Assembly (NCBI GenBank): GCA_964566925.1
Contig: CAZMIZ010000005.1
Coordinates: forward strand, 184 to 64,183
DNA: 64,000 bases
Direction: 5' to 3'
Origin: an uncultured Gammaproteobacteria bacterium
GTDB lineage: Bacteria > Patescibacteriota > Microgenomatia > PFEM01 > DATLAM01
Below are positions 17,426-27,407 of the stretch, piece by piece. The notes beneath the pieces were generated by a model, which saw only the letters and a list, made by a program, of their open reading frames with translations, searched no databases and was not told the origin of the DNA. Numbering within the stretch: position 1 is the stretch's first letter; each line of letters opens with the position of its first letter. Both the position numbers and the translations under genes were made by a program.

Positions 17426-18857
17426 TTATCCCGCCCAGACATCAATGATGACCATCCAGATTGCCTTGGCCCGCTTTTTAGAGCAGGGGGGTGATATTCT
17501 GGGCAATTATCCTTACTGGTATTTAGGAACGACTCCTTATCGCTATTTAACCGGCCCGATTTTACCTTTTCTCCTGGCTGGCATTCACCAAGCTCTACCC
17601 CAGCTTTCATTATTTACTATTTTCTATTTACTAATTACTCTTACCTGGTTATTGGGTGCCGGAGGAGTTTACTTGTTAATCAGAGAACTGAGGGGAAAGC
17701 GTCTTAGCGCCGTTCTCGCGGCCCTTCTTTATCTTTTTGGCCCAGTTATACCCTTGACCTTCCGTTTCTCTAACGGCCTTTCTCTAATAGCCTTTTCTTT
17801 TTTACCTTTTATCCTGGCTCTTTATTCGCGTTTCCTAAAAGGGTGGAGTCGGAAGCTAACTGCTCTTTTATCTTTGGCGATTACTTTTCTTTTCCTTTTA
17901 GATTCCCTGGTTATCCCCACCATGGTTTTAGGGATGGCCGCTGTTTTCCTAAGCCAAGTTGGCTGGAAAAAACCCGAGGAGAAGATAAAAAGAACCCTAG
18001 TCCCTATTGCCTATTGCCTAATCCTTGCTACCCTCTGGTACACCCCTGGCTATTGGCTGGCTCTTTTAGGGGCGCCTTCTTTAGCCGGTAAAGGATTGGG
18101 TGAGGTGATGATTTGGTTAGGCAAACTTCTGCCCACGATAATTGCTTTTAGCGTTGCCCTTGTTTCGGTTAAATTTTTCAAAAAGAAAAACCAGCTACGC
18201 GATTTTTGTTTTTATTGGCTTTTGGTATTTCTTTGCCTATCTTTGCTTAGGTTTTTGGCAGACCCTGATTTTTGGTTAGACTGGATTGCTTATGGCACCG
18301 AGATCCAGTTTGGCCTGGCAATAGCTCTGGCTTTGATTGTCCCTGCGCTCTTCTCAAAACTATTCACTCTTCGCTATTCACTCTTCGCTATTATCTTTGC
18401 CTATTGCCTAATGCCTATTGCCTGGCTATTTCTCTTTAACCAATATGTTCTTAGCACTCTCCAAACAGACATTACCCAAACAGTAGAGTACCGAATTAGC
18501 AAACAATTATCAGAGACTGCTGACCCTGGCGAGCGAGTCTTCTTATCTGGAACCACTGCTTTCTGGTTAAATGCTTTTCCTGCCAGCTGGCGGATTCCCC
18601 AGGTCCGAGGTGGGGTTGATCAAGCGTCAATTGACCCCGAATGGCGAAGAGCGACTTGGGAAATAAGAGAGGGGGTTGATCTTGAGAAAACTCTTGAATG
18701 GCTAAAAAAGCTTAGGGTTGCCTATGTTGTGGTTCATACCCCAGATTCAGAAGAGTTTTATCATGATTTTGTTTATCCGGAGAAGTTTGAGGGAGGAGAA
18801 GGGTTAGAAAAGATTTACGATCAAAACGGAGATAGAATCTACCGGGTAATGAATTGA
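17418..18857 (+). CDS. Polytopic membrane protein, probable GT-C-fold glycosyltransferase-like
   Basis: YPYWYLGTTPYRY loop motif, about 11 TM helices and a C-terminal soluble domain (QVRGGVDQ, YVVVH). Confidence 0.65.
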   Translation: MPIYPAQTSMMTIQIALARFLEQGGDILGNYPYWYLGTTPYRYLTGPILPFLLAGIHQALPQLSLFTIFYLLITLTWLLGAGGVYLLIRELRGKRLSAVLAALLYLFGPVIPLTFRFSNGLSLIAFSFLPFILALYSRFLKGWSRKLTALLSLAITFLFLLDSLVIPTMVLGMAAVFLSQVGWKKPEEKIKRTLVPIAYCLILATLWYTPGYWLALLGAPSLAGKGLGEVMIWLGKLLPTIIAFSVALVSVKFFKKKNQLRDFCFYWLLVFLCLSLLRFLADPDFWLDWIAYGTEIQFGLAIALALIVPALFSKLFTLRYSLFAIIFAYCLMPIAWLFLFNQYVLSTLQTDITQTVEYRISKQLSETADPGERVFLSGTTAFWLNAFPASWRIPQVRGGVDQASIDPEWRRATWEIREGVDLEKTLEWLKKLRVAYVVVHTPDSEEFYHDFVYPEKFEGGEGLEKIYDQNGDRIYRVMN

Positions 18858-18859
18858 AA

Positions 18860-19162
18860 TCATTTAATCAATCCGAAGATAATGGCTGAGGCGATGAGAA
18901 CAGCTACTAAGGAACTGATAATTGCCGCAACAACTAACTGATTGGCAATCGCCGATAATCTCTTGGCAGGAGTTTCTTTAGCTCCTTTGCGGGCTCCCAT
19001 TATTTCGTTAAGTTGCTTTTTGGTGTAATAGCGACGATTAGTCGGGGAGCGAATCGCTTTTATTTTTCCTCTTTTTCCCCAGCGCCGGAGAGTGTCTCGA
19101 GAGACACCAAGATATTTAGCGGCTTCACCGATGGAGACCCATTGAGCTTTATCTTCAGCCAT
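18860..19162 (-). CDS. MerR/excisionase-type HTH protein with a C-terminal TM helix
   Basis: WVSIGEAAKYLGVSRDTLRRWGKRGKIKAIRSPTNRRYY; hydrophobic C-terminus LVVAAIISSLVAVLIASAIIFGLI. Confidence 0.87.
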   Translation of the reverse strand: MAEDKAQWVSIGEAAKYLGVSRDTLRRWGKRGKIKAIRSPTNRRYYTKKQLNEIMGARKGAKETPAKRLSAIANQLVVAAIISSLVAVLIASAIIFGLIK

Positions 19163-19220
19163 AATTTCCTATTTTTGCCTAAATAAATTTTTAGAAATTA
19201 TTTAGCTTTGCCTATTTTTA

Positions 19221-19249
19221 AGGATAAGTTAAAAAATAGTCTTTGTCAA
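19221..19249 (-). promoter_or_regulatory. Promoter of the MerR-type gene, divergent from giant gene 2
   Basis: Minus strand TTGACA (19249-19244), 17 nt, TATCCT (19226-19221). Confidence 0.6.
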
Positions 19250-19263
19250 GGCGAAAATGACCC

Positions 19264-19294
19264 TTGACATTATATATCCAGGTAATGTTAACAT
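19264..19294 (+). promoter_or_regulatory. Promoter of giant gene 2 with 19-bp spacer and dyad
   Basis: TTGACA (19264-19269), 19 nt, TAACAT (19289-19294) with TGn extension; inverted repeat TTGACATTA-N10-TAATGTTAA. Confidence 0.68.
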
Positions 19295-19395
19295 GAGAAA
19301 ATAAGACTAGCAAAGATATGCAAAGGTCTTAAAGTGTTTACATTAAGCCTGCCCTGGGACTAGTCAGCCGAGTCAGGCAGGAATAGGGAAAGTCC

Positions 19396-22300
19396 GTGCC
19401 CGCCAAACTTAATAAGAAAGAAAGATTAAGACTCATTGAACGAGTAATCATTAAGGGCGAACCAGTTACTAAGGTTTGTCAAGAAGCTAAAATTTCTCGA
19501 ACTCTTTTTTATCGTTGGCTGAAACGCTACTCGGCTGAAGGAAAAGTTACTTCTAGAGCTCCAGGGAGGCCTATTAAAAAAACTCCTCCTAAAATCAAGA
19601 AAAAGATAACTCCATTTAAAAAACTTTCTCCTCAAAAAAAGCTAGAAATGGTGGAGCAGGTGGTCAAATACCATCAACCGGTTAGTAAGGTTTGTCTCGA
19701 TTTTCGTCTCTCCAGACCCAGCCTCTATAAATGGCTTAAACGCTATCATTTGGCCCAGAAAGATAAAAAACTTGAGGCCATGGAGGATAAGAAACCGCAA
19801 ATAAGTCGTTATTCCCGCCAAACTCCAGCAATGTATGAAAAAGTTGTTCTAGATGCGGTGGCTCAACACCCTCAACTTGGAGTTAAAAGAATTCTTGAAG
19901 TTTTACCAAGAATTGCCGATAAACCCATCATCGGCTATCATGGGGTACAAAACATCCTTCGTCGGCATGATTTAAACACCTTTCAAAAGCGATTAGATTA
20001 TGCTCAAACTCAAATCACGCCGGTAACTAGGCTTATCTCATTTTTTGAAGAACTTGGCGCTCGCTTCATTGTTTTGCCAGCTGAGACTCGAACTAAGACA
20101 ATTAGATTTGCGGCGATAGCTCTTTTGACTACTTTTTCGACCATTTTTGTTTTAGGGGTTCTAGGCCATTTTGCCATCATTGTCGGTGCCGCTCCAATTC
20201 CGTCCCGAATTGGGCTTTTTCTGGCGACAAGCGCCCTTTTAATTGGTTCTTTCTTTTTTGCTTATTCGATTAAATATTACTTGACCTTAGCGGTGGTTCT
20301 TTCTTTTTCCCGCCAAGCAGGAGAGGAGGGAATGGGAATTGGTTTGAAAACTGAAATTAAAAAGACTAGCCGCGATTTGCCAGCTAGCGGCTGGCTTCAA
20401 AAAATATTTGGGCTAGGGAATGGAGAAGAAAGGCAGGAAACGATTCAAGCTGGAGGTCTTCAGCCTTCTTTGGATCATATCAAGCTGAAGCGGTATCCCT
20501 TTGTTTCGATTCATCTGCCCTTCTTTAATGAAAAGAAGGTGGCGGAGAGGATTCTTAAAGCCTGTACGGCCATGGATTATCCCAGAGAGAGTTACGAAAT
20601 TATTGTTTGTGATGATTCCAATGATGAGACTATTAATATTGTGCAAAGGTACGTAAAGAAGCACAACCAAACTCACCCCAAAGGGCCGAAGATTAAGGTT
20701 CTTCATCGGCCCACCAGAGAGGGTTTTAAAGGTGGCGCCCTTTCTTATGCTTTGAAGAGCATGGATAAAAAGACGGAGTTCTGTGTGGTCTTTGATGCTG
20801 ACTTTATCCCTTACCCAGACACTCTGGAACTGTTTGTCAAGTATTTCAAGGTGAACAATGGTCAGTCTGAGAACTACACCAGGGGCAAGATTGCCGTGGT
20901 GGGAGGTTATCAATGGCATGTTTTAAACAAATCAGAGAACTGGATCACCCGAGGAGTGAGAACGGAGTATGCTGGGAGCTACGTCATTGAAAGGCCTGGC
21001 AGAGAGATCTTGGGATTGCTAAAACAGATCTCTGGCTCAGTCTATATGATTAGAAGTGATGTCATCAAAAAGGTAGGCTGGGGTACGAGTATTACTGAAG
21101 ACTTCCAGTTAACCCTCAAGCTCTATGAGCAGGGCTACAAGGTGATCTACACCCCCTATGTTCAAGCCCCAGCCGAATGTGTTTCTACCCTGAAAAGGCT
21201 TATTAGACAACGGATGAGATGGGCCGAGGGACACAGCAACAATATTAGGAGGATGTTTTTACGGTTAATGTTGGGAAGGGAAAAGAGAGATGGTCAAGGA
21301 CGGAAAACTGGTTGGATTCCCAGCCCTTTAACTTTAGGAGAGAAACTAGAGCTTCTTTATTTAACTCCTTATTATCTTCAGGCTTTTTTCTTTTTGGCGG
21401 GGACCCTCTCCTGGCTTTTAGCCGAAGCTGTTTTTAGGGTTAAGTTGCCTTTTTGGACCTCTCTTTGGGGGTGGTCTTTGGTTTTAACCAACTTCTTTTG
21501 TTTACCTCTGGTCAATGCGGTTGGTTTGTTCTTAGAAGAGAGCGAGGAAAGAGATTACTTAGGTATCTTTTCGTTTACCATTCTTTCTTACGTTTTAGTT
21601 CCTTTCCAGGCCTATGCCTCAGTTAAAGGTTTTCTAGAGAAGGAAGAAGGACCCTGGTTTCGGACGCCTAAAACGGGAAGAATTACCGATATCTTTACCC
21701 GAGGGAGATTTTATAGATGGATTGCCGGGATCTTGCCGGGGAGAGGAGCTGTCCCTGCCTATGCTGAGGCAACAACGGAGAAACATCTCTCTAACTCTTA
21801 TCTAGCCTTAGCAACCGCTAACCATCGCTTTAACTCTTTTGAGATTAGGCCCAAGAGAAACCGCTTTTGGGGTAAGTTGGCCCTTTTTTTGGTGGTAGCC
21901 ATCAATTCCCTTCTTTCTTTTTTTGGTAACCAGATTCCTCAGGGAGCAATCACCAATCTGCCTATCCAAGCGAGAGTGGAAGTGATTAGTTCCCAGCCTA
22001 GCCTACCAATCAATCAGGCTACTCTTTCCCAAATCCTTAGCCTGTTTAAACCAAGACAAGCCTTGGCGGCTACCTCTGGTCTTAAGGAGGCTCTTTTAGC
22101 TGGTGAGCCGGTTTCCTTGGAGAACTTCAAAGGCTTGGTTCTTTTCTCAACCCTTTTAAGCTTAAGTTTTTTGATTTATTTGGCCAGAAAGAAAAGAACC
22201 TTTGTCAAAAAACTTTTGCGGCCGATTTTTGTTTTTGTTTTGGTTGCCTCCTGGCTTCTAACCAGTTTTCCGGCTATTTGGTTTAACCCCCGTTTCCCTC

Positions 22301-24828
22301 CGAAAATTAAAGAAGTTGAAGCGACTGATTATGACGATGTAGTTTTAGCCACCAATGGGGGGCCTGATTACAGAATCCAATTTAACGGCAATATTACTGA
22401 AGAAATTAAGAGTCAAGGAACTTCAGGGGCCCCGGATAGTTACGTGACCAACATTATTCCCAACGATGATGGACAATGCGCAGATTATGCCGCTTCGGCA
22501 GAAACGGTTATTACTAATGCGAGCGATGTTAACAGTAGTACCACCACCAGAAAAACAGTTTCTTTTTGGGTGGAAATTGACACCTTTGGAACAGGTACAG
22601 GCTCTAATGCCAGAAACATCTGGGAAGAGGGAGGGGCAACAAATTGGTTCGGCGCCTACACGGCCAACAATGATGAACTTTATATCATTATCGGTGAGAG
22701 TGGTGCCAATAAAGGGTATTGTTATACTGACGGATTGTCAACCGGAACACTTTATCATGTGGTGATGCAATGGCAGGGGTCTGATGACGCGATGGAATTA
22801 TGGATCAACGGCTCTTTAGTTGATTCTACTACCGCCTCAATAGGTTCAGAGTTAAGTTCGCATACCGGAGACTGGGAAATTGGCGGCAATGCTGAGTCTT
22901 TCGACCACACCGACACTGACATCGGCCTACTATTTGACGGAAAAATAGCTGACTACTCTTACTGGGCGGAGGCAGCCGATTTTTTAACGGAAGCGGAAAT
23001 CGTGGCTATTTATGAAGCCGGGGCAGTGGTTGCCCCCTCCGCCCCGACTCTTTATAACGATGACGGCGGCTCCAATCAAATCGCTTTTAATAATATTAGG
23101 GAGAATGATACTTCCCCCATTATCCGGGCTTCAGCCACCCACGATACCACCTTTAATACTTTTTTCGTCGAATTTAACACTGCCTCAGATTTCAGCGGGA
23201 CGGCTTACACCGAAACCTTCTCTGGGACTTACTCATCAGGGACTGCCTACAATCTCCAAACCACTGGTTCTTTAAATTTGCCCTCAAACGACGGAGTGAC
23301 TTATTACGTTCGTGTTAAGGCTTCGGATGATGGGGGGACTGATTATGGTGATTGGTCAACGACTTTGGCCTGCTGTGGCACCTGGACTTATACGTATACT
23401 AGTTCAGCTGGAGATTCTGAGTGGCTTCAAACAACCGATGAGCAGTTCGACACAGGGACGATGGTATCGACGCAAACAAGCGGTTCTGATTCGGTGGAAA
23501 TAGTGGGAAGCGAGACGACTATTTATCTTACTTCTGGTACGACTTGGAATGTGCCAGCTGACTGGAATTCGTCTAATAATACTATTCGCGCAATCGGAGC
23601 AGGTGGAGACGGGGGTTTGTCTACTGCGAGTTCTAATTCTGGTGGCGGTGGGGGTGGTGGTGAATATCGGGCGGCAACCAACGTCACTCTGACACCTAGT
23701 TCAACGGTGGACATTAATATTCCCTCTGGTGGAGATGGCAGCTCTGCTGATGGTGCCTGGATCGAAAACAATAGCGATACTATTGTAGTTGAAGCTAAGA
23801 ATGGTGGTAATGCTTCAGGTACCACCGCTGGTAGTGGCGGAACAGGCGGAACCGGAACAGCCGCAAATTATGATGGCGGTGCTGGAGGTGCAGGTGCTTC
23901 TAATTCAACAGCGTCAGGCGGTGGGGGTGGCGGCTCGGCAGGACCGAGCGGAGCAGGTAAAGCAGGCGGCGATGGTGTTGGTTCTACTAACTATGGTGCT
24001 GGAGGAGGTGGCGGCAGTAATGGTGGATCTTCAACTGTCGGTGAAACACCAACCGGCCCTGACGGCGGGGATGGAGGTGTAGGTACTGGCGGCACTGGTG
24101 GAGGCGCTGGTGGAGTTGAACATACAAGTGGCGGCTCTAATGGAACTGATGGCGGCGGCGGTGGCGGCGGCGCTGATACTCAGTCAAGTACTCCTTCCCC
24201 AGGTGGTAATGGTGCTTGCGACACTGCTTGGGACTCAACTCATGGAGCCTGCGGCGGTGGTGGTGGCGGCGGTGGCGCCAGTGGAACTGCTGGCACTGCT
24301 GATAGAGACGGAGGAACAGGCGGAACTTATGGAGGCGGCGGTGGCGGCTGCGGCATATCAGGTTCCTTAGATACCGGAGAATGCGATGGCACTGGAGTAG
24401 GTGGTCAGGGGATTATCGTAATCACCTATACTCCTGATGCTTCAAGCGGCACGATTATGTCGCCGGAAATTGACTATGACTGGTTTGATGGGGCTTCAGC
24501 CTGGAATGATGTTTACTGGAGCGAGGATGAAACCCATGGAACGATTATGGTTCAGGTTTATTACAATGATTGCGGCACGATTATTCCTGATGAAGATTTA
24601 AGCGGCAATTCCAGTGGATTTACCACTGGTCCGATTGACATCTCCGGTCTTTCTACTTCGACTTATAATGAAATTTGCTTCAAAGCCACTTTAGCCGATT
24701 CCGGGGGGAGTCCCTATCTCGAAGATTGGGGGGTGAGTGTCCCAGAAAGCTTATGGCTGTTTTTTGGCTTGGGCCCTTTTTTACCATTTGTGTCCAGGTT
24801 AAAAAGAAAGAGAAGAAAAAAGTTGTGA
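19396..24828 (+). CDS. Giant fusion protein 2: IS481-like HTH domains + processive GT2 + TM helices + LamG-like/FN3-like/Gly-rich passenger + VPE-TM-basic sorting signal
   Basis: Two HTHs (VTKVCQEAKISRTLFYRWLKRY; VSKVCLDFRLSRPSLYKWLKRY); same GT2 motifs as paralog 1; LamG-like TVSFW...LYHVV...LWINGSLV...FDGKIAD; C-terminus VPESLWLFFGLGPFLPFVSRLKRKRRKKL. Confidence 0.88.
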   Translation: MPAKLNKKERLRLIERVIIKGEPVTKVCQEAKISRTLFYRWLKRYSAEGKVTSRAPGRPIKKTPPKIKKKITPFKKLSPQKKLEMVEQVVKYHQPVSKVCLDFRLSRPSLYKWLKRYHLAQKDKKLEAMEDKKPQISRYSRQTPAMYEKVVLDAVAQHPQLGVKRILEVLPRIADKPIIGYHGVQNILRRHDLNTFQKRLDYAQTQITPVTRLISFFEELGARFIVLPAETRTKTIRFAAIALLTTFSTIFVLGVLGHFAIIVGAAPIPSRIGLFLATSALLIGSFFFAYSIKYYLTLAVVLSFSRQAGEEGMGIGLKTEIKKTSRDLPASGWLQKIFGLGNGEERQETIQAGGLQPSLDHIKLKRYPFVSIHLPFFNEKKVAERILKACTAMDYPRESYEIIVCDDSNDETINIVQRYVKKHNQTHPKGPKIKVLHRPTREGFKGGALSYALKSMDKKTEFCVVFDADFIPYPDTLELFVKYFKVNNGQSENYTRGKIAVVGGYQWHVLNKSENWITRGVRTEYAGSYVIERPGREILGLLKQISGSVYMIRSDVIKKVGWGTSITEDFQLTLKLYEQGYKVIYTPYVQAPAECVSTLKRLIRQRMRWAEGHSNNIRRMFLRLMLGREKRDGQGRKTGWIPSPLTLGEKLELLYLTPYYLQAFFFLAGTLSWLLAEAVFRVKLPFWTSLWGWSLVLTNFFCLPLVNAVGLFLEESEERDYLGIFSFTILSYVLVPFQAYASVKGFLEKEEGPWFRTPKTGRITDIFTRGRFYRWIAGILPGRGAVPAYAEATTEKHLSNSYLALATANHRFNSFEIRPKRNRFWGKLALFLVVAINSLLSFFGNQIPQGAITNLPIQARVEVISSQPSLPINQATLSQILSLFKPRQALAATSGLKEALLAGEPVSLENFKGLVLFSTLLSLSFLIYLARKKRTFVKKLLRPIFVFVLVASWLLTSFPAIWFNPRFPPKIKEVEATDYDDVVLATNGGPDYRIQFNGNITEEIKSQGTSGAPDSYVTNIIPNDDGQCADYAASAETVITNASDVNSSTTTRKTVSFWVEIDTFGTGTGSNARNIWEEGGATNWFGAYTANNDELYIIIGESGANKGYCYTDGLSTGTLYHVVMQWQGSDDAMELWINGSLVDSTTASIGSELSSHTGDWEIGGNAESFDHTDTDIGLLFDGKIADYSYWAEAADFLTEAEIVAIYEAGAVVAPSAPTLYNDDGGSNQIAFNNIRENDTSPIIRASATHDTTFNTFFVEFNTASDFSGTAYTETFSGTYSSGTAYNLQTTGSLNLPSNDGVTYYVRVKASDDGGTDYGDWSTTLACCGTWTYTYTSSAGDSEWLQTTDEQFDTGTMVSTQTSGSDSVEIVGSETTIYLTSGTTWNVPADWNSSNNTIRAIGAGGDGGLSTASSNSGGGGGGGEYRAATNVTLTPSSTVDINIPSGGDGSSADGAWIENNSDTIVVEAKNGGNASGTTAGSGGTGGTGTAANYDGGAGGAGASNSTASGGGGGGSAGPSGAGKAGGDGVGSTNYGAGGGGGSNGGSSTVGETPTGPDGGDGGVGTGGTGGGAGGVEHTSGGSNGTDGGGGGGGADTQSSTPSPGGNGACDTAWDSTHGACGGGGGGGGASGTAGTADRDGGTGGTYGGGGGGCGISGSLDTGECDGTGVGGQGIIVITYTPDASSGTIMSPEIDYDWFDGASAWNDVYWSEDETHGTIMVQVYYNDCGTIIPDEDLSGNSSGFTTGPIDISGLSTSTYNEICFKATLADSGGSPYLEDWGVSVPESLWLFFGLGPFLPFVSRLKRKRRKKL
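20509..21263 (+). repeat. 755-bp direct repeat, copy 2
   Basis: Identical by eye to 12317-13071. Confidence 0.9.
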
Positions 24829-24843
24829 TATTATAGGAGGGCA

Positions 24844-26166
24844 ATGGCTATTAAAAAATCTTTTAATTATCCAGAGAAAGAGGAAACTCTGGCTATTAAG
24901 CAGGAAGAAAGAATTCGCCGGTTTTATCATCTTCGCCGGCGATTAGCAAAATTTTCGCCTCGAGGTTGGGTGGTCGTCTTAGAATTTGTCGGTTTGATCG
25001 GCCTATTTTTCACCAGCCTTTGGCTGCTCCTTCCTTTTTTTGGCCGGCCAGATCAGATTAATGTTTTTTCAGCTCCAGTGGTTCCGCTTTTGGTTAGTTT
25101 AACCGAAAAATTAATTCCCTTTTCGTACGGAGTGAGAATTTGGTTGCTGGCTTTTCTGGCCCTTTTCCCTCTTTCCTTTTATTACTTCGTCCGAGAGATT
25201 TCCAGTCGAAAATTGATTGGTTTTATCTCGAGCTTTATTGTGATTCTTCCTTTTGGAGTTTTTCTGCCTATCAGAGTTAATCTTAGTCTTTTAGCCCAAG
25301 ATGGTGCTCATATGACCTCGCTGGCTTTTACCCCCTTAGTTTGTCTTCTTTTAGTTCGCTTCTTACGTCAAGGCGGTTTTTGGACAGGGGTTCTCTCTGC
25401 TTTTGGAACGACTTTGGTAGCCCTTACTTCTCCAATTGGCTTCGTGGTTCTCGCTCTTTTTATGGGGGTGGTCACTTTTTCGGAGATGCTTTTGGGTCAA
25501 GGGAGATTAAAGATCTTGAGATTTTTGGTGGTTCTGATTTTGGCGGTTGGTTTTTCCGCTTTTTGGTATAATCCCCAATTCGCTCTTTTGACCTTACAAT
25601 CTCCTCAGGGTCAACTTTTAAAAAAAACACTTTCTAATCTTCTGCCGGTTTCTTTTTTCCTCTTACCCATTTTAGGTGTTTTTGGCTTTTTACTTTTTGA
25701 GAATCGGCCCCAGCTTCAACCGATGTTTATTGCTTTTTTCTTAACTATTGGCTTTGGCCTTTTTTCTATTGGGGCTGGCGTGGCCCATCCTTCACCATCG
25801 CGTTTTTTACCAGCCTTTGGTATTTCCCTGGCTTTTTTGCTGGGGATTTTAGTCACCGCTTTTTATGATTTTCTCCGGGCTTCGCCTAAACTTAAAAAAT
25901 TTAAAATCCCCACTTTTAGGCGGCAGTTAGCCGCTTTTGGTTTAATCTTCTTAGTTTTTACCTCTATTTTTATCATGATCACCGCTTTTAGCCAAAATCT
26001 CTGGGGGCTTGAAGAGTCTCGGGTTTTAGGCCTAACCGCGGAGCAAAAAGTGGGCGTTTGGGACATTAAAGAGAAAACTGGTTTAGTAGAAAGCGTTTTT
26101 GGCTACTTGATTACCAGTTTGACGGCCGCAGGCGTCATTATTTTAAAGTCAAGACTGGGAATTTAA
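24844..26166 (+). CDS. Polytopic membrane protein (GT-C-like, related to 17418-18857)
   Basis: About 11 TM helices; LSAFWYNP-like segment resembles LATLWYTP in 17418; SD GGAGG. Confidence 0.6.
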   Translation: MAIKKSFNYPEKEETLAIKQEERIRRFYHLRRRLAKFSPRGWVVVLEFVGLIGLFFTSLWLLLPFFGRPDQINVFSAPVVPLLVSLTEKLIPFSYGVRIWLLAFLALFPLSFYYFVREISSRKLIGFISSFIVILPFGVFLPIRVNLSLLAQDGAHMTSLAFTPLVCLLLVRFLRQGGFWTGVLSAFGTTLVALTSPIGFVVLALFMGVVTFSEMLLGQGRLKILRFLVVLILAVGFSAFWYNPQFALLTLQSPQGQLLKKTLSNLLPVSFFLLPILGVFGFLLFENRPQLQPMFIAFFLTIGFGLFSIGAGVAHPSPSRFLPAFGISLAFLLGILVTAFYDFLRASPKLKKFKIPTFRRQLAAFGLIFLVFTSIFIMITAFSQNLWGLEESRVLGLTAEQKVGVWDIKEKTGLVESVFGYLITSLTAAGVIILKSRLGI

Positions 26167-27407
26167 TGACCAAAAAGAAACCCAGAATTGCCATCTTTCA
26201 CTGTGGTTTTACTTATTCTGGCGGGGGAGAGCGGATTGTTTTAGAACAGGCAAAGGGTTTGAAAAAAAGAGGTTATCAGGTCGTTGTTTACGCACCCACT
26301 GTTAACCCAGAAATCTCTTACTCGGATTTTTTGGAAGAGCTAGAGGTCAAAGCTTTCCTCCCTAATTTTACTGGGAAGTTTCCCTATCGCGACGCCTTAA
26401 GAATGGCCTTATCTAGCCTTTTAGCGCCGTTTCTGGTCTTTAAATTCAAAGATATCGATCTCTTTATGGGCGCCAACCAACCCGGGGCCTGGTTGGCTTA
26501 TTGGATGGCTAAAGTCTTAGGCAAGCCCTATTTAGTTTACCTCAATCAGCCTAATCGATTGGTTTATCCTCGGAAAATCGATAAACAGACTGGTTGGCCA
26601 ACCAAGAAAGACTATTATCTTCTTGCTAGCCTGATTAAGAAACTCAAACCCTTCGTTGTTTGGGCCGACAAGATTTCTTTTATTTCTGGTAAAGCAATGC
26701 TGGTTAATGGCGACTATATCAGTCGATCAATTAAAAAAATCTATCAGAAGCCAGTTATTTTGTGTCCTGGAGGAGCCCATCCTCAAACCTGGTCAAAACT
26801 AAAACTTAATCCCGAAAGCGCTTTTAAAGGAGGTTTTAAAATTAAAGGTAGTCAAATAACCAAGCCTTACGCTTTAATCACCAACCGTCATGAGCCTCAA
26901 AAGAAGTTTGATTATGTGATTAAGGCAATGAAACAGGTAAACCAAAAAGCTCCTCAGGCCTCTTTGGTCATCCCTGGCCCGTTTACTTCCCACACCACCA
27001 AACTAATTAATCTATCAAAACGTTTAAAACTAGATAGAAAGGTCTTATTTTTAGGTCAAATTTCTGAAGATGATTTGCAAAAATTATATTGGCAAGCGGC
27101 GGTTTATTGTTATCCTTCTCCCGACGAAGATTTCGGTTTAGGGCCTTTGGAGGCGGGGGCCTGGGGAGTGCCGACGGTGGCCTGGAATCACGGTGGGCCG
27201 ACGGTCACCATAATTCATGGAAAAACCGGCTATTTAGCTAAACCTTACCAAGTTGAGGATTATGCCCGGGGGATGATGTTCCTTCTCTCTGATGCTAAAA
27301 AGCGAGCCAAAATGGGAAAGGCTGCCTGGGAACGGGTCAAGAATGACTTTTCTTGGGATAAACACGTTGATATCTTGGAAGAAGAGGTTCTTAGAGCCCT
27401 TGGTTAG
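26166..27407 (+). CDS. Glycosyltransferase family 4
   Basis: IAIFH..YSGGGER N-terminus; PSPDEDFGLGPLEAGAWGVP (EX7E). Confidence 0.92.
   Translation: MTKKKPRIAIFHCGFTYSGGGERIVLEQAKGLKKRGYQVVVYAPTVNPEISYSDFLEELEVKAFLPNFTGKFPYRDALRMALSSLLAPFLVFKFKDIDLFMGANQPGAWLAYWMAKVLGKPYLVYLNQPNRLVYPRKIDKQTGWPTKKDYYLLASLIKKLKPFVVWADKISFISGKAMLVNGDYISRSIKKIYQKPVILCPGGAHPQTWSKLKLNPESAFKGGFKIKGSQITKPYALITNRHEPQKKFDYVIKAMKQVNQKAPQASLVIPGPFTSHTTKLINLSKRLKLDRKVLFLGQISEDDLQKLYWQAAVYCYPSPDEDFGLGPLEAGAWGVPTVAWNHGGPTVTIIHGKTGYLAKPYQVEDYARGMMFLLSDAKKRAKMGKAAWERVKNDFSWDKHVDILEEEVLRALG

Noticed and set aside
11120-21263. Diversity-generating retroelement (four-helix bundle resembles Avd; long repeat pair could be TR/VR)
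   Set aside because: No reverse transcriptase in the window, the repeat has no adenine-specific mismatches, and both copies are GT2 coding cores.
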